Assembly (NCBI GenBank): GCA_902622845.1
Contig: CACNRI010000003.1
Span: 42,080 to 106,079 of the forward strand
DNA length: 64,000 bases
Direction of reading: 5' to 3'
Source: an uncultured SAR86 cluster bacterium
GTDB lineage: Bacteria; Pseudomonadota; Gammaproteobacteria; Magnimaribacterales; D2472
Both the position numbers and the translations under genes were made by a program. The notes under the pieces are model-generated. The model had not been told where the DNA came from. It ran no database searches and worked only from the letters and a program-made list of their open reading frames with translations. Of this stretch, positions 18,828 through 28,634 are shown piece by piece (within the stretch, counting starts at the first letter, position 1; every line of letters starts with the position of its first letter).

Positions 18828-20232
18828 CAGCTTTAATTATTCTTTTCCAAAGATTTTTTTCAGTATTGGTAACTTTAGAGACTGATAAATTTAGGAAAAA
18901 ATTCTTTATGTGAAGAGAAATCTCTTCTTTTTTTGTTAGTTTAGCTTTATTGAATTTTTCAGTGAGAATCTTAAGCTGCATTTGACTCCTAATTTTTTCA
19001 TCTTTTTTTAATGATTCAACATTGCATATCATTTCTATTCTTATGCATGATTCGAGCATTTCATCTTTGGAGTGAGAATCAAACTTATAATCAAATATTT
19101 CCTTATATGAATTATCTAAGTTGGTTAAATCAGATAAATCTTTTTTTTCAGTAATATATTCGAATAGTTTCTCTAAATCATCAATAGACTCTTTATTTCT
19201 CTTATCTTTTTCATCATTGCGTAATTTAACAACTTGATTTTGAAGAGATTTATATTCTTTTGTTTTATTGATTAGATCAAACTTTGGAAGCATTTCTTGA
19301 AGATCCTCAATCCTATATTTCTTTAGATCTTTTAAAACAAGGCCTAATTCATCAAGTTGAAGTTGTTTATTTTTATTTTGCTCCTCAAAAAATCTATCTC
19401 CAGATGATATAAATTCTTTCCATAATATTTTTTCTAGTTTATGGGGCAATTTATCTAGAATATTCCAGTCTTTTTTAAGGTTCATATATTTAGATATATT
19501 TTCATCCATATCTTCTGAATTTATTTTTGATACTGATTCAATGATTTGCTCTTTTTTTAATTTAATTTGCTCGTTTTGTTTTTTTATCTCATCAAGAATT
19601 GGTTTTTTTGCATCAATGAAATCTGACTTTAGTTTTCTGAATGCATCATCCCTGACAGGCGCATGACTATTCCATAAATCTTCAAATTTTCTTAATTTAT
19701 TTCTTAGTATCCTAATAGTTGGAAACTTATTGTTATTTTTTTGAACAAAGTCAGTTAGATCTTGAGTGACCTGCTGTTTTTTTGTTGCATTAACTAACTT
19801 TTGTTTATTGAGTTCATCAAAGAATTCACCACAGGGTATCCATGCTTTATCAACATAAGATCTAAATATATTCCACTGTTTTTGCGAGGCTGTTTTAGAT
19901 GTTTGATCTAATGCTTGCCATTGCGCTTGAACTTTATGTATCTCATCTGCCTGTTTACGTGGATTTTTAATTGGATTATCTGCTATTTTTTTTATTTTGT
20001 TTACTAGCTTGTCTCTTTTTGGGTTAGTTGCAAAAGAGGAAATATCATCAAAATATCTAGAAAGCGCGACTGTTGCATTAAGTTTATGTTTAAGCTTGTT
20101 AGGAATTTTTCCTTGAATCTTTACAAGTTTAAGAGCTTCTCTTGTAAGTTTTTGACCATCTCTAATAACACCACTATCAAACGATTGATTTGCTTTTGAT
20201 ATTAATTCAATAATTTGATCAGTTCTTTCCAT
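18814..20232 (-). CDS. DUF349 domain-containing protein
   Basis: Lys/Glu-rich helical protein with repeated W-x-containing blocks (VQAQWQALDQT...QKQWNIFRSYVDKAW, LWNSHAPV) typical of DUF349 repeats. Confidence 0.65.
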   Translation of the reverse strand: MERTDQIIELISKANQSFDSGVIRDGQKLTREALKLVKIQGKIPNKLKHKLNATVALSRYFDDISSFATNPKRDKLVNKIKKIADNPIKNPRKQADEIHKVQAQWQALDQTSKTASQKQWNIFRSYVDKAWIPCGEFFDELNKQKLVNATKKQQVTQDLTDFVQKNNNKFPTIRILRNKLRKFEDLWNSHAPVRDDAFRKLKSDFIDAKKPILDEIKKQNEQIKLKKEQIIESVSKINSEDMDENISKYMNLKKDWNILDKLPHKLEKILWKEFISSGDRFFEEQNKNKQLQLDELGLVLKDLKKYRIEDLQEMLPKFDLINKTKEYKSLQNQVVKLRNDEKDKRNKESIDDLEKLFEYITEKKDLSDLTNLDNSYKEIFDYKFDSHSKDEMLESCIRIEMICNVESLKKDEKIRSQMQLKILTEKFNKAKLTKKEEISLHIKNFFLNLSVSKVTNTEKNLWKRIIKAVKTS

Positions 20233-20264
20233 TTTTTTTATATATCGCGTTTATAATTAGAGTA

Positions 20265-21239
20265 ATGAAAAATAGAATTTTAACAGGTATTACTACTTCA
20301 GGCACCCCACACTTAGGAAACTATTTTGGTGCTATAAGGCCAAGTCTTGAATTAGCGAAAGATTCAAAAGATTCTTTCTTTTTTTTAGCAGATTACCATT
20401 CGATTATTAAAGTTAATAATCCGCAAGAGGTCACTTCATCTATTGAGAAAATTGCTCTTGCATGGCTCTCGAGTGGATTAGATACTAAGAGCTCGTATTT
20501 CTACAAACAATCTGATATCAGAGAAATCCTAGAATTAAGTTGGATACTCCATTGTGTAACTGCAAAGGGATTAATGAATAGGGCACATGCTTACAAAGCA
20601 TTAAAAGAAAATAATGATGATGATAAGGGAATTAACATGGGTTTATTCTCTTATCCAATTCTTATGGCTGCTGATATATTAATGTTTAATTCAACCCATG
20701 TACCTGTTGGCCCTGACCAGCTTCAGCATCTAGAGATGACAAGAGATATTGCAAATAGATTTAATCATATATTTGGTGACACTTTTGAGGTCCCTGAGGC
20801 AATTATTAATGATGATGAATCAATTCCAGGAATAGATGGAAGAAAAATGAGTAAATCATATAACAATGTAATTCCTTTGCTTTGTGATGAAAAAACATTA
20901 AAAAAATCAATTATGAAAATTATCACTAACTCACTCGAGCCAGGTGAGCCTAAAGACCACGAATCCTGTAATGTCTTTAGTCTTTATCAAAATTTCGCAT
21001 CAGATGAAGAGATAGCTGAGTTTAAAGAAGAATATGAAAATGGCATATCTTGGGGTGATGCTAAAAATAAGCTTTTTAATAAAGCTAATGATTCTCTTTT
21101 ACCTATTCGTGAAAGATATTTCAAATTAAAAGAGCAAAAAGATTTAGTAAATGACTATCTTTCAGATGGAGCAAAAAAGGTTCGTCCATTAGCGCAAGAA
21201 TTCATTGAAGAAATTCGTTCAAAAATAGGTATCTCTTAA
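20265..21239 (+). CDS. trpS: tryptophan--tRNA ligase
   Basis: GTPHLGNY (HIGH-type) and KMSKS motifs, 324 aa. Confidence 0.95.
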   Translation: MKNRILTGITTSGTPHLGNYFGAIRPSLELAKDSKDSFFFLADYHSIIKVNNPQEVTSSIEKIALAWLSSGLDTKSSYFYKQSDIREILELSWILHCVTAKGLMNRAHAYKALKENNDDDKGINMGLFSYPILMAADILMFNSTHVPVGPDQLQHLEMTRDIANRFNHIFGDTFEVPEAIINDDESIPGIDGRKMSKSYNNVIPLLCDEKTLKKSIMKIITNSLEPGEPKDHESCNVFSLYQNFASDEEIAEFKEEYENGISWGDAKNKLFNKANDSLLPIRERYFKLKEQKDLVNDYLSDGAKKVRPLAQEFIEEIRSKIGIS

Positions 21240-21243
21240 TAAA

Positions 21244-22428
21244 GTGAAGAAACCAATGTTCTGGCTAAAATCAGGGCTTTTTGCTGTTGGTCTTGGTATG
21301 TCCTTTGTTTACGCAATCATTCCACCACTAGCAAGGGACTTAGGCCTTTCAGAAATTCAAGCTTCATTTATTTTTTCTTTATCTGCTGTAGCCTGGGCAA
21401 TGACGTCTGCACCATGGGGGAGAGCTTCTGATAAATATGGAAGAAGAAATATAGCAATACTTGGATATATTGGATATTCAATATCCATGATAATTCTTAT
21501 ATTGCCAATATATCTAGCAGATAAAAATATTCTTAGTGCTGCATTTGTATTTCCGCTTTTAATATTAGGAAGAACAATTTATGGATTATTGGGGTCGGCT
21601 ACAAGACCTGCATCATTTGCTTATATTGCTGACATTACACCTAAAAGTAAGAGAACCAAGAAATTTGCAAGGTTTGAATCAAATTTTCTTTTAGGCACAT
21701 TGGTTGGTCCACTTTTAGGTGGGTATTTATATTTGATATCAGCATTAGCTCCATTTATTTTCTTCTCTATTTTAGGAATCGCAATTGCTATGGGTGTATT
21801 TTTTACACTTGAAAATAAGCCTATGGAGGTCTCAGAAATTCCAACAGCTAAATTATCGAGACTTGCGCCTACCGTATGGCCTTATTTAGTGTTTGCATCG
21901 GTATTGAGTCTTTGCTCAGCATCGTTATTACAATCTATTGGTTTTTATTTAACTGATAATTTCGATAATCTTGAAGATATAACATTATTGATCAGTTTTA
22001 CATTTGTTCTTTTATCAATATCTACAATCGTTAGTCAAAATATGTTTACTAGTATGTTTAATTTAAATAATTATAAATTACTGATATATGGTTGTTTAAT
22101 ACTTACTTTTTCATATTGCATAATGGCTGTATCAGACTCGATTGCAACATATTTTTCTTCCATTGTCCTTCATGGAGTGGGTTTGGGCATGGTTAGACCT
22201 GCTAATTCATCCGGACTCTCAATAGCTCAACAACCTGAATACCAAGGTGAAGCTGCAGGACACTTAGGATCAGTTCTTCCTATAGGTCATATACTCACAC
22301 CTATAGTAGCTATGCCTTTGTACATTTATAATAGTTCATTGTTGTACTTCGCAAGCGGAATTTTATGCTTTGTTTTGTTTGTTTTTATAGTATTACACCC
22401 AATATTTAAATATAGATATGAAGACTAA
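21244..22428 (+). CDS. MFS transporter (DHA1-like)
   Basis: 12 predicted TM, GRASDKYGRRN loop 2-3 motif. GTG start at 21244 or ATG at 21259. Confidence 0.85.
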   Translation: MKKPMFWLKSGLFAVGLGMSFVYAIIPPLARDLGLSEIQASFIFSLSAVAWAMTSAPWGRASDKYGRRNIAILGYIGYSISMIILILPIYLADKNILSAAFVFPLLILGRTIYGLLGSATRPASFAYIADITPKSKRTKKFARFESNFLLGTLVGPLLGGYLYLISALAPFIFFSILGIAIAMGVFFTLENKPMEVSEIPTAKLSRLAPTVWPYLVFASVLSLCSASLLQSIGFYLTDNFDNLEDITLLISFTFVLLSISTIVSQNMFTSMFNLNNYKLLIYGCLILTFSYCIMAVSDSIATYFSSIVLHGVGLGMVRPANSSGLSIAQQPEYQGEAAGHLGSVLPIGHILTPIVAMPLYIYNSSLLYFASGILCFVLFVFIVLHPIFKYRYED

Positions 22429-23422
22429 AAAAGGACTGTTACTTATCAACCTTGGAACACCGGATGATCCAGGATATTTATCTGTCTTTAAATACTTAAG
22501 ACAATTCTTAATGGATCCAAAAGTTATTACTGTTCCATACATTCTTAGATTTATTCTAGTTTCTTTAATCATTGTCCCTTTCAGGGCTTTCAGCTCTGGA
22601 AAGATTTATAAAAAAATATGGACTGAAAATGGCTCGCCTCTCATAGTAAATACATCTGCTTTAGCTGATAAAGTTAGTAAAAAAGTACCCCATATTGAGG
22701 TTGAATTTGCTATGAGATATCAATCTCCATCTATCGAAGATAAATTAAAAAAGTTAATTTCTCAAAATCTTGATGAAATTATAATACTTCCTTTATTTCC
22801 TCAATATAGCACTGCAACAACTGGATCCGTTTTTGATGAAATTTCTAGAGTTCTTAAAAAACAGAGTGTTACACCTTCTATAAAATTTATAAATCAATTT
22901 TATGAACAAGAATCATTTATAGATTCTTGGGAGGATAAGCTGAAATCATTTGATATTGATGAGTATGATCACATCTTATTTAGTTATCACGGACTACCAA
23001 CTAAGGCAGTTGATGATATATATGAAGATTCTCTTTGTGCTGATAACAATTGCGAAAATGAAATAACTAATGAAAATAAGTTTTGTTATAAAGCAACGTG
23101 TTATGAAACTACTAGGCTTATTGCAAACAGATTTAATCTTTCTCAAGATAAATATACAGTTTCATTCCAGTCGAGATTAACAAAAAACTGGCTTGAACCC
23201 TTTACCGATGAGGTTCTCGAAAGTTTCCCAGGCAGAGGCATAGAAAATATACTTGTTCTTTCACCCGCTTTTACAGCCGATAATTTAGAAACATTATATG
23301 AAATTGATGATGAATATAAGGAGTTATTTATAGAAAATGGAGGTAAATCTTTAACTATGGTACCTTCATTAAATGATTCTTCTAAATGGGCAGATTCAAT
23401 AGTAGAAATAATAGATATATAG
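22418..23422 (+). CDS. hemH: ferrochelatase
   Basis: LLINLGTPD, LPLFPQYS, FSYHGLP blocks. Confidence 0.95.
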   Translation: MKTKKGLLLINLGTPDDPGYLSVFKYLRQFLMDPKVITVPYILRFILVSLIIVPFRAFSSGKIYKKIWTENGSPLIVNTSALADKVSKKVPHIEVEFAMRYQSPSIEDKLKKLISQNLDEIIILPLFPQYSTATTGSVFDEISRVLKKQSVTPSIKFINQFYEQESFIDSWEDKLKSFDIDEYDHILFSYHGLPTKAVDDIYEDSLCADNNCENEITNENKFCYKATCYETTRLIANRFNLSQDKYTVSFQSRLTKNWLEPFTDEVLESFPGRGIENILVLSPAFTADNLETLYEIDDEYKELFIENGGKSLTMVPSLNDSSKWADSIVEIIDI

Positions 23423-23431
23423 GGAGGAAAT

Positions 23432-24304
23432 ATGTTTAAAGATGATTTACTAAAAGATAAGAGGATTTTAGTCACTGGAGGGGGAACTGGTCTTGGGAAA
23501 GAAATGGCCACTCACTTCGCAAAACATGGTGCTCAAGTTTATATTTGTGGAAGACGTGGGAATGTATTGGAAGATACAGCTAATGATCTAAAAGAAAAAT
23601 ATGATGTTGATGTTAAACATGAGCCTCTAGATATTAGATCGCCACAAGATGTTGATGATTATATAGGTAGAATTTTTGATGAAGGTCCTCTCGATGGTCT
23701 TGTAAACAATGCAGCAGGTAATTTTATTTCTCCAACAAAGGATTTATCTTCAAGAGGGTTTGACGCAATTGCAAACATAGTTTTCCATGGAACTTTTTAT
23801 GTAACTCATTCAGTTGGCAAAAGATGGATAGAGGAAAAATGTAAAGGATCAATAATTTCTATACTAGCTACATGGGTATGGACAGGATCTGCTTACGTCG
23901 TACCTTCAGCAATGTCAAAAACTGGATTAGATGCTATGACAAAATCATTGGCAGTTGAATGGGGTCCTTATGGAATTAGACTAAACTCTATTGCTCCTGG
24001 ACCTTTTCCAACCGAAGGTGCTTGGGCTAGATTAAGCCCAAAGGGCGATATAAGTGAAGATACCTATAAAGCAATTCCTCTTGGTAGAGCAGGAAAAATG
24101 GAAGAATTACAAAATCTAGCAACTTTTTTAATGGCTGATGGTTGTGAATATCTTACTGGACAGACTATTGCCCTAGATGGTGCTCAGTATTTAAGTGGCG
24201 GCGGAACTTTCTCTAATTTATCAGAACTTTCAGACAATGATTGGACTGAAATAAGAGATATAATAAGAAAAGCTAACAATAAAGACAAAAAGAATAGATC
24301 TTAA
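23432..24304 (+). CDS. SDR family oxidoreductase, 2,4-dienoyl-CoA reductase-like
   Basis: LVTGGGTGLGKEMA, NNAAGNF, GIRLNSIAPGPFPTEG resemble DECR-type SDRs. Confidence 0.8.
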   Translation: MFKDDLLKDKRILVTGGGTGLGKEMATHFAKHGAQVYICGRRGNVLEDTANDLKEKYDVDVKHEPLDIRSPQDVDDYIGRIFDEGPLDGLVNNAAGNFISPTKDLSSRGFDAIANIVFHGTFYVTHSVGKRWIEEKCKGSIISILATWVWTGSAYVVPSAMSKTGLDAMTKSLAVEWGPYGIRLNSIAPGPFPTEGAWARLSPKGDISEDTYKAIPLGRAGKMEELQNLATFLMADGCEYLTGQTIALDGAQYLSGGGTFSNLSELSDNDWTEIRDIIRKANNKDKKNRS

Positions 24305-24322
24305 TTTAGCTTGGAGGATATT

Positions 24323-25750
24323 ATGGAAAATCAAAGGTCAATGGAAGAAGTTCTGAGACTTCAAAGAGAACATTTCTTGAATGAAGGTCCGCCTTCATAT
24401 GAATTACGAATCGATAGATTAGATAGAGTCAAAGATATGGTTATTCAAAATAAAGAAAGAATAACTGAAGCATTAAACGCTGACTTTGGATCAAGGTCAC
24501 CTAATCAATCTTTAATTACTGATGTTTATGCTGTTCTTCCTGCATTTTCTCATGCAAAAAAACATTTAAAGTCCTGGATGAAGGATGAGAAGAGAAAATC
24601 TAATTTCCCATTCGGATTTCTTGGAGCTAAATCATATATCCATAGAGAGCCACTTGGAGTTGTTGGAATGATATCTCCATGGAACTTTCCCATGTATTTA
24701 TCTCTTGCTCCTTTAGCTGGAATCTTTAGTGCTGGTAATCAGGTGATGCATAAGCCTAGTGAATTTACTCCTATTACTTCTGAGCTTTTAAAAGAAATAT
24801 GTGACAGTGCTTTTGATGAAACTGAATTTGCAACATTTCTAGGTGGTCCTGATATAGGCGCCGCTTTTACTCAGCTTAAGTTTGATCATTTGTTATTTAC
24901 AGGAAGTGGAAATATCGGCAAGCATGTAATGCGTGCGGCTTCAGAAAATCTAGTTCCATTAACGTTGGAGCTTGGAGGGAAATCTCCAGTTATAGTCAGC
25001 GATTCTTCAAATATAGATATAACAGCACGAAGAGTGATGTTTAATAAGACTTTGAATGCAGGCCAAATATGTCTAGCACCTGATTATGTATATGTGCATG
25101 AAACAGAGAAGGATAATTTTGTAGAAGCATGTAAGAATCAAGTTAATGAATTTTATAGCGATCTTAAATATAACCCTGACTACACATCAGTAATAAATCA
25201 GAAACATTATGATAGATTAAATGGTCTTCTAGCAGATGCCAAAGATCATGGTGCAGAGCTTGTTGAGATTAATCCAGCAAATGAAGATTTCTCCCAACAA
25301 GAGTCACATAAAATTCCTCCAACACTTGTTTTAAACCCAACTGATGAAATGCAAATTATGAAAGAAGAGATTTTTGGTCCCTTACTCCCAATAAAGACTT
25401 ACAAGGACATAAATGAACCAATTAACTATATAAATAAAAATGATAAACCATTGGGATTATATTATTTTGGTAACAATAAAAATGAAGAAGCTAAAGTTGT
25501 TAACTCAACAACTTCTGGTGGAGTTACAGTTAATGACATTATGTGGCATATTCAACAAAATGAATTAGGTTTTGGAGGAGTTGGTCCATCCGGAATGGGC
25601 AAATATGATGGTTTTGATGGATTTATGAATTTTTCAAACAATAAACCAATTTATAAGCAAATAGGATTTGGTTTAGATAAATTTCTTGATGCTATAAGAC
25701 CTCCATATAAAGGTAGTATAGAAGACGTTCTAGAAAAACTATTAAAGTAA
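24323..25750 (+). CDS. aldehyde dehydrogenase (class 3 / coniferyl-aldehyde dehydrogenase-like)
   Basis: ELGGKSP and NAGQICLAPDY (catalytic Cys), EEIFGPLLP. ATG at 24323 follows GGAGGA; the track start at 24311 is TTG. Confidence 0.95.
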   Translation: MENQRSMEEVLRLQREHFLNEGPPSYELRIDRLDRVKDMVIQNKERITEALNADFGSRSPNQSLITDVYAVLPAFSHAKKHLKSWMKDEKRKSNFPFGFLGAKSYIHREPLGVVGMISPWNFPMYLSLAPLAGIFSAGNQVMHKPSEFTPITSELLKEICDSAFDETEFATFLGGPDIGAAFTQLKFDHLLFTGSGNIGKHVMRAASENLVPLTLELGGKSPVIVSDSSNIDITARRVMFNKTLNAGQICLAPDYVYVHETEKDNFVEACKNQVNEFYSDLKYNPDYTSVINQKHYDRLNGLLADAKDHGAELVEINPANEDFSQQESHKIPPTLVLNPTDEMQIMKEEIFGPLLPIKTYKDINEPINYINKNDKPLGLYYFGNNKNEEAKVVNSTTSGGVTVNDIMWHIQQNELGFGGVGPSGMGKYDGFDGFMNFSNNKPIYKQIGFGLDKFLDAIRPPYKGSIEDVLEKLLK

Positions 25751-26982
25751 TGCTTAAACTTTCAGCCTCTCTTGGCCTAAAGTATTTTAGATCAAGCAAA
25801 GGAGCATTCGTATCCTTTACTTCCATTATGGCTGTAATGGGTTTAACTATCGGTGTAGCCGCTCTCATTATCGTTACATCAGTTATGAATGGGTTTGAAA
25901 AAGAACTAAGAGATAGAATATTAGGTGTAATACCTCACGTATTAATTCATTCAAAAGAGCCCATTTCTAATTATGAATTACTAATTGATCAAATAGAGAA
26001 AAATCCAGATGTTGTGGCAGCAGCGCCATTTATTCAAACTCAGGCATTGATATCTATTGGTAATAGATCAAAGGGAATTGCTTTAACTGGAATAGATGTA
26101 AAGAAAGAGTCTGAAGTTTCAATACTTCCCAATAACATGTTGATCGGCTCCTTAGAATCATTGAATGATAATGAAATCATTCTGGGGTATTGGTTAGCAG
26201 CACATTTAGGAACTTCTGTTGGTGATGAGATAAATATAACAACTTCAGAAATGAGATCATCCATAATTGGATCTTTCCCTAGAAGCTTTAAATTTATTGT
26301 TTCTGGTATTTTTGAATTAAAGGCTGAGCCAGATCAGAATTTGGCTTTAATCACTCACAAGTCTGCTCAAAAAATTAAAGGATTCGGGGATGCAACAGAA
26401 AATATCAGATTAAAGGTTACAGATATTATGAATTCAAGAGTTATTGGATCAGATATTGTTTTAGAAATATCTACTCAAGACAAAATATATGCATCATCAA
26501 CCTGGGAAAAAACTCATGGAACCTTATTTCAAGCGGTTCAATTAGAAAAATTAATAATAGGTATTCTGGTTTTCTTAATTATTGGTGTAGCTGCGTTTAA
26601 TGTTCTTTGTACTACAATTATGAGTGTAAGATCTAAAGAAAGAGAAATAGCTATTCTCAAAACAATTGGTGCATCAGACTTTACAATTGTAAGTATTTTT
26701 ATCTTTCAAGGTTTATATATATCAATGTTGGGTATCATTTCTGGTCTCATATTGGGGATATTAATTACATTAAACCTTGACCCTTTAATAAACTTTATTG
26801 AAACATTAATTAATAGATCATTATTAGATAATTACTTTATTAATTATTTTCCATATGCTTTTAACTTTAACCAAATAACTTTAGTTCTACTTTCTTCATT
26901 TCTTTTATGTTTTATTTCCTCTGTTTGGCCATCAACAAGAGCAGCTAAATTGAATCCTAATGAGGTTCTAAGACATGAATAA
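25750..26982 (+). CDS. lolC: lipoprotein-releasing ABC transporter permease (LolC/LolE family)
   Basis: FtsX-type topology with a large periplasmic loop. N-terminus LKYFRSSKGAFVSFTSIMAVMGLTIGVAALIIVTSVMNGFEKELRDRILG is typical of LolC/E. Directly upstream of lolD. Confidence 0.9.
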   Translation: MLKLSASLGLKYFRSSKGAFVSFTSIMAVMGLTIGVAALIIVTSVMNGFEKELRDRILGVIPHVLIHSKEPISNYELLIDQIEKNPDVVAAAPFIQTQALISIGNRSKGIALTGIDVKKESEVSILPNNMLIGSLESLNDNEIILGYWLAAHLGTSVGDEINITTSEMRSSIIGSFPRSFKFIVSGIFELKAEPDQNLALITHKSAQKIKGFGDATENIRLKVTDIMNSRVIGSDIVLEISTQDKIYASSTWEKTHGTLFQAVQLEKLIIGILVFLIIGVAAFNVLCTTIMSVRSKEREIAILKTIGASDFTIVSIFIFQGLYISMLGIISGLILGILITLNLDPLINFIETLINRSLLDNYFINYFPYAFNFNQITLVLLSSFLLCFISSVWPSTRAAKLNPNEVLRHE

Positions 26983-27646
26983 AATTTTTACTGAAGATTT
27001 ATCAAAAACTTTTATTACTGATGGAATTAAGAATTCTGTTTTGCGTGATATTAATTTCTCTATATCTCAGGGAGAAACATGTTCGATAATAGGTGCTTCA
27101 GGATGTGGTAAATCTACATTTTTACACCTTTTAGCTAAATTAGATGATTATTCGTCAGGAAGGATTTTCTTTAATGAAATAAATTATAGTGATTTAAATT
27201 CAGATTCATCAGCAAGCTTGAGGCTGGATAATTTTGGTTTTGTATACCAATTTCATCACCTTCTTGAAGATTTTAATGCTTTTGATAATTGTAAAATTGT
27301 TCAAGACTTACATAATAATAAAAATAATCCAAATATTGATGAACTCTTAATAAGCGTTGGCTTAAAAGATAAATTTAAATCTTATCCATACCAACTTTCA
27401 GGTGGAGAGAAACAAAGATTAGCAATTGCAAGGGCTTTATCAAACAATCCAAATTTTTTAATTATGGATGAGCCTACTGGTAATCTTGATAATAAAACAT
27501 CTCAACTTATTCAGGATTTAATACTGAATATTTCAAGAAATAATCAGATAGGGATCATTCTGGCAACTCATGATTTAAATTTTGCTAATATGATGGATAC
27601 AGTTTATGAAATTTATGATGGGGGCTTAAGAAAAGTAAATGAGTGA
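26975..27646 (+). CDS. lolD: lipoprotein-releasing ABC transporter ATP-binding protein
   Basis: Walker A GASGCGKST, signature LSGGEKQR, Walker B LIMDEPTGNLD. Confidence 0.9.
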   Translation: MNKIFTEDLSKTFITDGIKNSVLRDINFSISQGETCSIIGASGCGKSTFLHLLAKLDDYSSGRIFFNEINYSDLNSDSSASLRLDNFGFVYQFHHLLEDFNAFDNCKIVQDLHNNKNNPNIDELLISVGLKDKFKSYPYQLSGGEKQRLAIARALSNNPNFLIMDEPTGNLDNKTSQLIQDLILNISRNNQIGIILATHDLNFANMMDTVYEIYDGGLRKVNE

Positions 27647-28232
27647 TATTTTTATAGCAGGTGGATGGTTTATGTGGCCTCTCTTAGCTTGCTCTATAAC
27701 TATAATCTCAATATCAATTGAAAGATTTTGGATGTTACAAGAAAGACTTGTATCTCCATCTGGCCTTGATAAGCAGGTTCTAAATTTAATTGATAGAGAT
27801 CTTTTAGATGATTATCAGGAGAGTGCAATATCAGATATTTCATCATTAGGAGATCTTCTAATAACCGTTCATAAATATAAAGAATTATCTAGAGATCTAC
27901 TTGAATCAAAATTAGAGGAAAAATCTATTGAAATTAAATATAAGCTTGAGAGGAATCTTTCAATGCTTGGAGTAGTATCAACCATTTCTCCTCTTTTAGG
28001 TCTCTTAGGGACAGTTGTAGGAATGATAACTGTTTTTTCAACCTTTCAATCTTCAGGTGCAGCATCACCTGACTTATTAGCAAGTGGTATTTCTCAAGCG
28101 CTTATCACAACTGCATTTGGCTTAATGATTGCTGTTCCAGGACTTATTTTACATAGACACTTTGAGCAAAAAGTTAATAAATTAATGATTTTGTTGCAAA
28201 GTAAAACCTCATCATTTATTGATAATTTTTAA
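27639..28232 (+). CDS. exbB: MotA/TolQ/ExbB proton-channel family protein
   Basis: 3 TM. LGLLGTVVGMI...ALITTAFGLMIAVP conserved C-terminal helices. Confidence 0.85.
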   Translation: MSDIFIAGGWFMWPLLACSITIISISIERFWMLQERLVSPSGLDKQVLNLIDRDLLDDYQESAISDISSLGDLLITVHKYKELSRDLLESKLEEKSIEIKYKLERNLSMLGVVSTISPLLGLLGTVVGMITVFSTFQSSGAASPDLLASGISQALITTAFGLMIAVPGLILHRHFEQKVNKLMILLQSKTSSFIDNF

Positions 28233-28634
28233 ATGAAATTTGCACTAACATCAAATAAAAATCCAAGTATAGAGATTACTCCACTAATTGATATTGTATT
28301 TATTTTAGTTATCTTCTTTGTTGCAACCTCAAAGATAACAGATTCACAATTTCTTGATTTAGACCTGCCAACTACAGAATCATTTAATGTAGAGACATCT
28401 TCTTCATCTAACCAAATTTATATCTTTAATGACAATACTGTAATCTTCAATAATAAATCATACATTGTTAATAATGATGCTTTAAAAAATGCACTTTTAA
28501 ATGAATTAATTGTCGAAGATACAATTATTCTAAGTATAGAAGGGGATGTTACTCATAAAATAACTATAGAGCTTATGGACTTTTTACAAAAAAATTCATT
28601 TTCTGATGTTCAAATTAAGACTTTATCAAAATGA
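28233..28634 (+). CDS. exbD: ExbD/TolR biopolymer transport protein
   Basis: EITPLIDIVFILVIFF single TM with the conserved Asp, then a periplasmic domain. 133 aa. Confidence 0.8.
   Translation: MKFALTSNKNPSIEITPLIDIVFILVIFFVATSKITDSQFLDLDLPTTESFNVETSSSSNQIYIFNDNTVIFNNKSYIVNNDALKNALLNELIVEDTIILSIEGDVTHKITIELMDFLQKNSFSDVQIKTLSK

Noticed and set aside
23143-23511. 122-aa minus-strand ORF spanning the hemH/SDR junction, the longest of many antisense or alternate-frame ORFs in the track. Others include 2634-2849, 3874-4059, 4331-4537, 6175-6381, 6923-7120, 7440-7667, 9869-10123, 10311-10493, 13287-13475, 14216-14431, 26040-26264, 29323-29517, 30261-30482, 34767-34991, 38424-38642, 39170-39427, 40806-41030, 46395-46616, 47222-47434, 47603-47800, 50838-51023, 52951-53151, 53228-53455, 56732-56929, 58125-58313, 58977-59162, 59511-59747, 61108-61290 and 61154-61384.
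   Set aside because: All lie inside or across genes whose translations carry clear family motifs. Their own translations are low-complexity, Ser/Leu/Ile/Phe-rich strings typical of shadow frames in AT-rich DNA, with no SD sequences or recognisable domains.
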